Assembly (NCBI GenBank): GCA_965637545.1
Contig: OZ281494.1
Span: 21,452,001-21,516,000, forward strand
Length of the DNA stretch: 64,000 bases
Direction of reading: 5' to 3'
Origin: Phallusia mammillata
Lineage: Eukaryota
Positions within the stretch are counted from its first letter, which is position 1. Every line of letters begins with the position of its first letter. Positions 52,701 through 63,457 of the stretch are shown here, piece after piece. The position numbers and the translations under genes were made by a program. The notes below the pieces were generated by a model. It searched no databases, was not told where the DNA came from, and saw only the letters and a program-made list of their open reading frames with translations.

Positions 52701-54173
52701 AGTTTGACGTCCGGACAGACGTTTTACGAGACAGACGTTTGGGTGATTAGAAATCAGCTGTTTTTTTGTGCAGCAATGCTGTGTCGTTTTATTAAGTTAT
52801 CACGCGCATTTTCAGTTTTGGCGAAGGTTTCACACCTAAAGACGTAATTTAAACTCGATAAACGTTATTCGGTTTCGTTTATGTCAGGTAAAACGTTGTT
52901 GATCAACATAAAGGTGAAAAAATGTACTTGACTTTTTCGAAAGCCGCGTTAAATGGTCTTTAAATTCTCGTTGTCAGCTTGCCGCATAACCACAGGTCAC
53001 TAAAGATCAACTTGTAGGCATTACAACACGGAATTTTTCGTCATAACGTAGCTTCTTTATGTTTGACAAATCAATTCAAGAATCAATACTCAAGTCATGT
53101 ATAAATTAGGCAAAGCGGTATTGTTGAACACTAAGGACTGCATGCCGTTAAAAACGGTGTCAAAAGGTCATTAATCGGTCGTTTTTGCGAAACAAAGTTA
53201 AGTGAAAAACAAGTTATTATGTATAGCTTGCCTTTGTAGCAAACGACTTTTTAATTTATAGTGTATAATACAACAGACTTCCTAGGAAAATTTGTGTTTA
53301 AAAACTGAACTTGAACGACAATATCAAGGTCAAAGCAAGAGATTAAATTGAAAGTATTTTTCCCGTTCTTTTTTACTTTTTTGTAATTATATGACGATAA
53401 TGATGCAAAAATACTACGGACAAAACTTTTAAAGTTTAGTTAATGCTTTGTGAGTGTCCTTAAATTCTAAAAATAACCGCAACATTTGTTTACCGTAAAT
53501 CTGCATAAACACGCGTGTGGGGACCCATTCGTTTTTGCTTGCAAAAACAGTCATATGTGTAGATCAAATTATGTGTATAGTAAACTGGTAAATATGATAT
53601 ATGTAAGGATGGCGATACTTACTGCGTTGAGTGCACCACTGTTAACTCGAATTTACCGCAACACGGTACCCAATGGCGCTATATTCGCGAAAGTAGATGT
53701 TTTTTTATAAACCAATTAACTTGCTTTTATAAACCAATTAACACGTAAGTAAGCGGTGTTTAAACAAGCTGCTTCACAACAAAACTGGCATATTCAAAAT
53801 GTAGGGCTGATGTGTTATCATTTCGTTATGTTTTATTTTTTGTTGAATAAATGTAAAACTTCATAACATTCACAAAATTTAATCGATACCATGTTTAATA
53901 TTATTGTGGTACTAATAACAGCTTGCACTTAAATCCAATGAAGAGAGCAGCGTTTATTTAAAATGGATACATTTCAGTGTTTACCAGAAACGAATGACGT
54001 AGCTACAGCCAAAGAGCGCATGTTGTAGCGATCTATATTTCGATAGGAATAATTAAATATCATTTTTAGGCAAATCCTTAGTTTCTCCATTGCCTAATTT
54101 CATATTCAAGAAAAAATAATTTTTAACGAACAGGCCTAACAGTTCCTTTCCACTTTCACAGCGTATTTAACAA

Positions 54174-54976
54174 CAGTGCTCTTCAAACTTTTTAGTGGCA
54201 TGGAACCCTCAAGGTGTTTTGTCAAACTTTGCGGAACCCCCATAAAATAATTTCAACCAATGTAATAGGCTACATCAGGGGTTCCCAAACTTTTTTGGTC
54301 TGTGGCCCAAATGTCTATTTAATAGCGATTCGTGGCCCACCACGTGCTGTAAATTTGGGCACAAACAAAAAAATAACTCAAAAACAGGCGAAATTTTCCA
54401 GCAACTTACTTTTAATGAGATGCATGCTCCTGACATTTGGCTACAAGATTTAGAATTCTTTGCAAAAATTACGTTTTTCAAAACAAAGCGCATAACATCT
54501 ACAGTATTACAAAACAGTAGAATCTATTCAAATGGCTCTGTGGCCCATTGAAAATGTCTTGGTGGCCCACTACTGGGCCATGGCCCACAGTTTGGGAACC
54601 ACTGGGCTACACCAAAGAAAAACATGTATTTTTACTTAACACACCCCAAGCACAAAATATAAGTTGACTTCAATTAAACGATTCACTGAAACGCATTGCC
54701 ACGTTACTTGTAACCGTCGTTTCTACATTTATCTCGCAAATTTGCCAGAGTGTATAGGGCTGTGTTTATTACGTCACAATTGATCAATGGTGCAACCAAG
54801 GTTAACTACTAGATTGTACCGGCGAGCATTGCTGTTCGCAACAGTGATATTGTTATGATTCATATTTGTACAACAAACCGCTGCGAACCCCCCGAGCAAC
54901 CTTTAAAGATCACGGGACCCCTGTAAGGTTAGTACGGAACCCTAGGGTTCCGCGGAACCCCGGTTGAAGAGCCCTG
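54174..54976. mobile_element. hAT (Charlie-like) MITE, host of a nested insertion
   Basis: TIRs CAGTGCTCTTCAAAC (54174) and GTTGAAGAGCCCTG (ends 54976); subterminal GGAACCC repeats and the palindrome GGAACCCTAGGGTTCC. TSD is degraded. Confidence 0.75.
54276..54604. mobile_element. hAT (Charlie-like) MITE nested in 54174-54976
   Basis: TIRs CAGGGGTTCCCAAAC and GTTTGGGAACCACTG; 8-bp TSD GGCTACAT/GGCTACAC with central TA; subterminal TGGCCCA repeats. Confidence 0.88.
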
Positions 54977-55088
54977 ATCTAAAATAAATACGTCCTGAAA
55001 ATTTTTGGCAATACAAGTTCGATTGCTAGTTTAAACAATGTCATTTTTTTGTTTACAAAAAGGAACAAAGCCCGAAACCAACTATATC

Positions 55089-55269
55089 CAGTGGCGGGGT
55101 TCAGCCGGTTCGCACCGGTTCCATAGAACCGTCTTACAAAATGTTGTGAGATCAGAGAACCGGTTAGCATTACTGGTTACTGACTGTCAATGAACTTTTT
55201 GTAACAGAACCAGCTGAAAAATATGACTTTTGTGATAGAACCAACTCACAAAAAATTAACCCACCACTG
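55089..55269. mobile_element. hAT MITE (CAGTGGYGGG TIR family), copy 1
   Basis: CAGTGGCGGGGTT...AACCCACCACTG. Left flank ACTATATC; right flank ACTAAATC, followed by a duplicated CCACCACTG+ACTGTATC. Closely similar to 59323-59502. Confidence 0.85.
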
Positions 55270-55957
55270 ACTAAATCCCACCACTGACTGTATCCCGTTT
55301 CCGTGGATATGGGTCATGATTGGATTTGTTTCAATTTGTGGTGACAATTTTCACACAAAAGGTCAATGCTATTTCGTCTAACGCAGTGGTTCTCAAAGTA
55401 AGATAGTTTCAATTTTCTGGGGGGAAATTTTTAGGAAACACTCCTTTGTTTCAAAGAATTAAATATGCTGCTCGGAAACGACTTTATATTTTGAGACTCA
55501 AATATTACAACTGGCAATTGTTAGTAAACCGTTATCAACAAATACGGTTATAAATAAACCATGGGGCAACATTCGTTGTGTGTAAAGCGATGAAGTAAAG
55601 TGACGAGCAGAATAGGTAAAATCCGTTTTGACTTCTGTAGGCTTTTGCAGAAAGTCAGTGCCAATGCACATTTCAAAATACAGCTACAGAAAAGTTTTTG
55701 CTTGAGCATACTTTTTTATACAATGGATAATGATTGCGCGATTGCCGTGAAAGGAATTTTAAGTTTTATTGCTTTTTCGCAGACGTACGTTGCTTTGTGT
55801 TTCATTTTAATCCTTATGGTTATGTAAAGGTATAACTATCATTATACTGACCTAACCAAGTGTGAAGAAGCTTGGCGCAATTACAATAGTTTTCCCATTA
55901 ATATTTAATCTTATTTTGAGGTATCGAGCGCGGTTTGGACTACTCGTCAAAGCCAAA

Positions 55958-58900
55958 ATGAAGTCTCTGTTCAATCCGAGGGTTTGGATAATTCTTTGTA
56001 ACTTATTGCAAATAGTGTTTTGCGGTTGTAATCAGCAAACTAACTTCGATGTGTCAAGGAAGTGGCGTGAAAGTGCAAATTCAGACAGAGGCGATGAGGG
56101 ATATTACTTTGTCGGAAATTCATTCCGATCTTTAAATTGTTTCAGTTTTCATCAATGTTCTCTGTTTTGTGTAAAGGACAGCAGGTAGGTCGCGGATTTG
56201 ACTGTTACAAGATAGCATTTATACCGCGTATTTAGGATGATACATAATTCGAATTGAGTTTATCATTTCAATTGTTTAACTTGGTGATTTTGGTATTGTT
56301 TCTTTACTGCTTTACCTTGACTAAAAATGGGTTTAAAATTGTTAGCAGCGGATTAAACCGTATTCGCAATTCTGAATTTGTATTACAATATTTTTAATTT
56401 GCATTTTTTTTACTCAGATGCAAATCGTTTAACTATCTCTCGGACGTTGGAAAATGTGAATTAAATTTGGAAGATAGATCTGCATTTCTTGAGGCCGAAT
56501 CAACCTGGGTGTTTTTTGACAATCAGTGGCTGTTGCAAGAACAAGGATTTGTGCAAAGAAAAAGTTCAGCATACTGCAATCGCGAATGTTTTGAAAACAA
56601 TTTGCCGGAGGTGCTGAATTAAAAGTGTGTTGTCAGAAATACTTGAGTTTTGTCAACGATAATTTTTTTAGATTTTAACAATTTCTTGCGATCCAAAATG
56701 CAATCCTGACGAGATTTGCACCTTATCGATGCCACATGGTGATACTACTTGCCTAAAGACTAAGTTTGAAATTACCGGTAAGACAGAATGGTGGGTAGGC
56801 GACCATAAGGAAATAATTAGTGACTTTTGTGTGTTTATAAAAAATGTCAATTTCGCCTACGTGTAGTAAATTTATGGACTTTTAAGTCTTTTGTACCGAT
56901 TTAGGGAAAAAAGCTATTTTTTTATTTACATGAAAACAAAAGCATTAGGATAAAATATATCGATTGGCAAACACAATTTATAAAACATGCGCCACGCATT
57001 GGAAAAGGTCTTGGTTTGCTTGTTGATGGTCTTCGTGCTGGAAAAAAACAGGCCAATCCATGCGTTCGGCGCAACAAAAGTCAAGACTAATGTAATGTAC
57101 GATTGTATACGGTTATTTTGTTGTTGTCAGTTTTTGTCTAACATTTTGTTTCCTCTATGGTAGAAACATACTACACCGATTAAAGACTTGTCCACACGCC
57201 TTTGCAGACCGGTGTAGACCTGTAGTTTTCAGTTGCTGCAATTTTTAGTAAAGACCAGCATAGAAAATCCGACCGGTAAAACACGTCTGTCCTTCACAAG
57301 CACCATAACCACGATTACACGTGCACCACCATCGCAGCTTACAGCACGAAAAACTGGGAGGCAATTAAGCATGTTTGACGTAATAATTGTGTAAAACACA
57401 TACAGGAACATGACTGTTTAAGCAACTACGAAAAAATTTTTCTGTTTCACTTTTAAGTGATAGAAATTTTGGAATTATCGGACCAGAATTGGAATTATTG
57501 TTTGTTTGATTGTCATTTTTTAAGATTTTCTCTTGCCATGGTCTGAATGGTCTTATTGGAGTCCGTGCAGTGCAACTTGTGGCAATGCTGTTCAAACTCG
57601 CACAAGATCATGCGGTCCCCCAGCTCAGCCGTGGATGTGCCAGGGATCGGACACTGAGAAAGTTATTTGTGAATTAAATCTCAAATGTCCACGTAAACAT
57701 CAACATAGATATCTTAAAAGTAATTATCTAGCTCACATTACAAAACAGCCATGTTTCACAGATTGGTCAGGGTGGGGTGAGTGGTCAACTTGCTCAACAC
57801 AGGCAATATGTGGTGAAGGGTTCAAAAGACGGAAAAGATCTTGTATTCCTAATACTCTTAATCCATCCGTTTGTCCTGGTTCCGAACACCAAAATGTAAC
57901 TTGTCAAGCTCCTTCTTGTACAAGTATGAAATTGAATGCTGAAAGATAATATACAACTCTAAAAAAGTGGCATAAAAGCAATTTGTTTATGTAGCACCTC
58001 TAAAACTGACGAACGGAAATTATGGACATGTTTTGGTGTACGACGACAGTGTTCCATTTTCACCGCAATGGACTGGCGTCTGCAAGGTTAGATGACTTAA
58101 CTTAAGTCTATGGTTTGGTTTAAAAAACGCCTTAACATATTTTCAAAGGATTTAATATCGGACGAAGACTTACATGAAGTTTTAAACAAAGTTTGCAAAC
58201 AGTTGGGAATGTATATGGATCACCCAGATAATGCAGATGACAGTTCAATTATTGAAACCGTAACGACATAAAATACAAATTAGTTTACAAACAATGATCC
58301 ACAGCGTAACCTTTTTCCACTTAACTTTCATCTTAGATATATTTAAAAGTTCGAAACTGCTCAAAGGAGGAACCATTTCTTGTTCAGTGTAACCACGAAA
58401 AATGGCAAAGTTACCAGGATTGTGCGGAGCTACTGCAAGTACAATGTACAGGAGAAAAGCGTTAGTTGTCTTATTTTATTTTGTTACACAAATTTACCTA
58501 AAACTAATAAATTAAGTTAAAAGGCTGAAACATTCCGTTTTCGCCGAAAACTTTAAATACAGCGTTGAAGAGGTAAGTATAAAAGCTTTTTTTGTGGTCT
58601 GTTTTTGGACAAGTTTAGTAATAGGCCTGTGAATAAAACAAACTTAAAACCTTGAAAACTAACATGTAGGTTTCTTCGGGTTCGCGCTTTTATTTATTTT
58701 CGTATTTGGTCAACTTTGTTTTCATGCGCAGAAGTACAAAATCACTTCCTGGCTGAGGTCACCTGGCAATATGCATACGATTTCTGCGAGGAAAGATATC
58801 GACAGATGTGTTCTGCCGCCGAAATTTTTCCGTATGGAAACAATACTGCAATTGAGTTTTATACTGGTGACACGTGGATACCAATAAGGTAAACACCCTC

Positions 58901-59124
58901 CCATTTAATGTTTGGTCGCAACCTGTTATGTAATAGTCATTTTGTATCCTGTACCTGTAATTGTTGTTTATTTAAGAGATTCTTACAATGACTGGGTCCA
59001 AGTTGGAACAGATCATCCGCAGTTGGGAAACAAACACAACAGCATCTGGTCAGCCCCACCTTGGGGTCTATCACCTGATATCGAACATTGGAAAGGAAAT
59101 TATTTCTGCTGTTTACTGGATTGA
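55958..59124 (+). CDS. Secreted mosaic protein (~495 aa): signal peptide, PAN/Apple, Cys-rich/EGF-like, TSP1, TSP1, SRCR, atypical lectin-like domain. Exons 55958-56184, 56418-56610, 56672-56777, 57525-57692, 57762-57923, 57995-58086, 58149-58259, 58337-58460, 58732-58888, 58977-59124
   Basis: Ten GT-AG-bounded exons join in one frame (1488 nt). Motifs: hydrophobic leader VWIILCNLLQIVFCG; PAN CSLFCVKDSRCKSFNYLSDVGKCELN; TSP1 WSEWSYWSPCSATCG..TRTRSC and WSGWGEWSTCS..CG..RRKRSC; SRCR LKLTNGNYGHVLVY..WTGVC..VCKQLG..YLKVRNCSKEEPFLVQC..DC..VQC; terminal TWQYAYDFC..MC..WIPIRDSYNDWVQVG..PPWG..YFCC. No TM segment. Confidence 0.85.
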
Positions 59125-59322
59125 ATTTACTGGATACCAAATTTTGAGAATCTATCCCCACATAATACAGTTTGTGCTTGTCATCATACATGAAAAGTTC
59201 TTAGTAATAACTTTTAATTACATTTGAAATCCAGCAACCAGCACTTCTGTAACTCGTTCGAGGTGTTTTTCAAGGTACAGCTACTCCCACAAACTAACAA
59301 CGTGATAGGTTTGCGTTATGAG

Positions 59323-59502
59323 CAGTGGTGGGATTCAGCCGGTTCGCACCGGTTCTATAAAACCGTCTGACGAAATTTTATGAGATCAGCGAACCGGTTA
59401 GCATTACTGGTTACTGTCAATGGATTTACTGTAACAGAACCGGCTGAAAAATATGACTTTTGTGATAGAACCGGCTGACAAAAAATTTGAAACCCACCAC
59501 TG
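59323..59502. mobile_element. hAT MITE (CAGTGGYGGG TIR family), copy 2
   Basis: CAGTGGTGGGATTC...GAAACCCACCACTG with 8-bp TSD GTTATGAG/ATTATGAG; same family and orientation as 55089-55269. Confidence 0.88.
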
Positions 59503-60982
59503 ATTATGAGCCTCACTAAAGTTTGTAGTTCAACCTGCTACCTCAAGATTCCTTGATGATAAACTTAAGAAAACACCACTTGTATAAATCTGTTGAATAC
59601 ACTGTTGGTTTATTTGGTTATCAGCGACAGAAATATTTCTTATTCAAATAAACCGTAATTAAAGAGAAACAGTAATTCGCAATTAACACAAAAGTACAAA
59701 AGAATCAAAAACTAAAAGTTAGTGTTTAAAGGTATAGAATAGATAACGATTCACAAAAACGGTAAGTCTCACCTCTAATAAGTCCGACCTATTTTTGCCG
59801 GCTAATTAATTTTTCTATCGGCCAGTATGCCTTATGGCGGCGCTAGAGCTCGAGGTCAGGGCGCCAATTTTGGTTTGGGCGGCAATCAAGGGCCGCTGAC
59901 CTGCGCCCAGATTTCAGTTAAAATCGGTCCACGCGCTTCTAGTTAAACTCAAACACTTTGTCATTTTTTTAGCCTAGAGTAAACTGACGCAGGCTGGCTA
60001 TCTCTTTAGCTCCTTCGCATCCAAACGTTGACACAAAATTGTCTTTGTTTGCAAAAATTGCGGCATATATACTAGTGTGTGAGAGGAATTCCCACTGATG
60101 TGGTCGGTCAAGTGCATAATGATTGGCCAGGATGACCTTGGCGCATAGGCGCCGAGTTTTACGAAAATGCAAGGTTGCGACGAAAAATATGACGTCACAT
60201 TAAATGGGACGTCACCAATACGTGCAGGACAAGTTCAAAGCCCAACAAACTTTCAATAGAATGCAACGTTCGTCAAAACGAAATATTTAAAATAATATTT
60301 ATTTTGCAACACGTTGCTGTAACGTTTATAGTTGGTTTAGCAACGTTCAAAAAATGTTTCGTCAAGTGGTTGTTGCTTTGTATCACCCGAGGTAACCATT
60401 TATGACAAAACATTAGCATTGTACACAATAATGACCAAACATGTACTACTAAACAATTGGGAGTACTAATCAAAACAGGTTTTTGTTTTAAGGTACGTAT
60501 TGTTACTTCTTTGGCAGCACGCTTGTTTTTAAAGCAAATTTGTTTCTAATTTTCCTCAGATTTGACGATATTTCGTACGATACCGCTGCAAACTAACCAA
60601 AATATCCACGGTGGCCGCCACCGTACTTTACAAACCCAATGTGACGGTACCACCCCGCCACCGCCTACTTGGCGCATACTGCGCGAGAGCAGCGTATATT
60701 CTACGTCGTACCGGAAGCTATTTTTATCGCCTGTTGTATGTGGCAAATGGCGGACCGCGGTTCATATCTGGACCTTAGAGGTGTTGGATCTGGACCTCGA
60801 CGATATTTTAATTACGGCAACATATAGACTATTATTTGTCTGTTAATTACTTAAACATTGCTATGCAGAGGCCGTTTTTTAAACTGGGGATATATAGCGT
60901 ATAACGATAGAGTCCGCATAGCGATTGATCAGCAGGCTGCAAGGAGCCCAAAGTCCTGCCAACATCTTATGTGAGTTTAGAT

Positions 60983-61571
60983 CAGTGGTTCTTGACCTTT
61001 TTCCTTGCTGCACCCCTTTCAAATCTCCAATCAATTTTCGCACCCCTTTCTGTAATTGTATTTATATAGAACAGCGGTTCCCAAACTTTTTCATATTTTT
61101 TTCAAAACGGTCCCTTTGCCATTATTTTGAGGGCTCGCGGTCCTTGAGCCTAAATATGTATTTCATAAAAACGAAAGTTGATTTCAGGATTTTAGCTAGT
61201 TATGCAAAATTTCGCATAAAAATCATCCAAACACAGCTTGTGACATCACAGACAAGACAAATGCACTACAATTGTGCGCGAACAATTACATTTTTGATAG
61301 CATTTTTGATTCATAAAGGCTATTGTTAAGCAATGGAGACAGTTGATTCTCAATTCTACTTTGATTTAAACTTATTTAGTGACACAAACGGACGCCAAAT
61401 AAGATTATAGAATTACTTAAACCGCTTCGCGGTCCCCCCAAAATTGCCTCACGGACCCCTAAAGGACCGCGGACCCCAGTTTGGGAACCGCTGATATAGA
61501 ATATACCTAACCAGCTTTAATGATTTAGCATACCCGCACCCCCTAGGAACAGTTCTCGCACCCCTTAGGGG
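60983..61571. mobile_element. hAT (Charlie-like) MITE, right end truncated, host of a nested insertion
   Basis: Left TIR CAGTGGTTCTTGACC; GCACCCC subterminal repeats on both sides of the nested element; no right TIR found. Confidence 0.6.
61072..61493. mobile_element. hAT (Charlie-like) MITE nested in 60983-61571
   Basis: Perfect TIRs CAGCGGTTCCCAAACT / AGTTTGGGAACCGCTG and a perfect 8-bp TSD ATATAGAA on both sides. Confidence 0.92.
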
Positions 61572-61859
61572 TTTAGTTTGTCAAACTGTGACGAAAAAAT
61601 GGTAGATTAAAACAAAGCAGCGATTGATTGCGCACAGTTGTGTCTGTGATTTAATAAGCTGGATTTTAAATCATTACCTTACGATGCAATCCTGCAAAAC
61701 CAGATAAAATGCATTCTGTGTGACATCTGTACCAATATACTCTCGCAAGGAGTAAAATCACGTTTAGTGCCCAGTGCAAGATTTCGTTTTTGACCGCGAT
61801 TCTCCACATTACCTACAACCAAAATAGGCTAAGACACGTTGCATATGTATATCTGACAG

Positions 61860-61930
61860 TAGCATCCGGACCTTTGGAAATTTTACCTTTTCTATCTGGA
61901 CCTTTGACAAAACTAATTGAGTAGTCCTGG
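61860..61930. mobile_element. Right-end fragment of a Charlie-like MITE
   Basis: Two GGACCTTTG subrepeats followed by the TIR-like AATTGAGTAGTCCTG; left end not found. Confidence 0.35.
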
Positions 61931-63019
61931 TATAGGTCTTCAAAAAAAACGGGATAGCTCTACTAATACTGATTTTTGGTCCGACCTGGTCACCGTTTTT
62001 AAGGCCGTTGATCGATTTTTATAACGTGGCGTTTTTTTCTAAATTAAGAATATATTTTGTGTTTTTTCACCTTTTTCTGCCCGAAGAGTCCTACTTCTGA
62101 TTATCGCCTCGTTTGTTTTGTTTTCTAACTTACGCGTTGATACAAACTACTTTATAATTGTCTTAATTTTACTGTAGCATTTGGATCAAGAAGAGAACCA
62201 TTGGTTCGACTTATTTTTTCCTCGAGTGCTTTTATATTTCGCTCCAGTTCATTCTGGCGAGCAGTTTTTAAGTCTCGCACTGAAAACGAAAAGCCGCGAA
62301 GTACAGCCTTAAGGACATCCCACCTAGGGATTGACGTGATTAGCCGGGTTGGTTATTTGTGATCAGACATAAAACCTGTGATAATTATTAGCGTCCGTAA
62401 TATTGGTTGAAAACGATTTTGAAGTTAAAAAAAGTCAATGCGTGTCGCCCCTATTGGATTTGTTTGAATCCTCGAGTACTTTCTCGCGCCGCCTGCAGAC
62501 GTCGAACGGCATCATATAACTCAAGTGTACTCATATGTCATCACAAATCTATTAAAAATCTCTGGATTGTCGTTGTTCGGTCCGTAAATATTTGCTATAG
62601 TTAATTTTTTTCTATTGCCGATTTTGACCGATGTAATCAAATACCTCACGTTCGGATCAGCTCTCTGTTCAGTCATTAGATAGATTTTTCGATATTAATA
62701 TGGCCACATCTTTGTTACGATTTGTACCATTTGACCACACGATTTCTCCACTCTATTTCATCTGCCAAAGTTTATCATCGTTATGAGAACAATAAGTTTC
62801 CTGTATTAAGGGGATATGATATTTTTTATCTCTAATGAACTTCATGATTGATTGTCGTTTAGGTGGGTCACGGATTCCAGCAACGTTAAAAGAAGCGATA
62901 GTGACAAACACCAGAAAAAAAATCACACAAATTAACTACACAAACATTCCAGCTCTCATATCCGTTCCACCCCTAGGTCCATGTCCCATTCATACCCGAA
63001 CCCGCATGAGAATCTATAT

Positions 63020-63323
63020 CAGGGGTGGGCAACCTTTGTTACTGTACTGGGGCCAATTACAAATGTCAAAGTTGGATCGTGGGCCGCACCTGTGTATAAC
63101 ACAAAGTGATTTTCCTTTGTTGCTTACCAAATATGCTAAATTACAAGTATAATTCGTATTTGATTCTAGCCACATTTTGCCAGGCCGCAGAAAACTAGCA
63201 TCAGGCGCATTAATCAGCTCCAAAATATGTAATAATTGGATTCGTTTGCCAGTACTTTTGAAATCCAAGCGTCTCTGCGGGCCGCACAACCTTTAAAGAA
63301 GGGCCGCAGGTTGCCCACCCCTG
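63020..63323. mobile_element. hAT (Charlie-like) MITE
   Basis: 16-bp perfect TIR CAGGGGTGGGCAACCT / AGGTTGCCCACCCCTG; TSD ATCTATAT/ATATATAT; GGGCCGCA subterminal repeats. Confidence 0.92.
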
Positions 63324-63457
63324 ATATATATGATTTGCTCGGTTCGATGCGTTCAGCCGATTGACCGCAACTACAGTAAATAAATTTTTATTTGCACAGA
63401 TAATTGATAATTGAGCTCTCTTTGCTCATTGTAAGATATGGGACGGGATTGAAAGTC

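Noticed and set aside
53701-53745. Direct repeat TTTTATAAACCAATTAAC x2 (also TGGAATAAGCATTA x2 near 979-1013)
   Set aside because: Simple local slippage duplications of only two units; not CRISPR-like and no functional signature.
55089-59502. Composite transposon carrying the mosaic gene
   Set aside because: The outer flanks (ACTATATC vs ATTATGAG) do not form a shared TSD, and each MITE has its own TSD.
59639-59650. 12-nt match to the reverse complement of the Ciona 16-nt spliced leader (recalled sequence)
   Set aside because: The match is partial, in AT-rich DNA, and not followed by a GT donor, so it is not an SL RNA gene.
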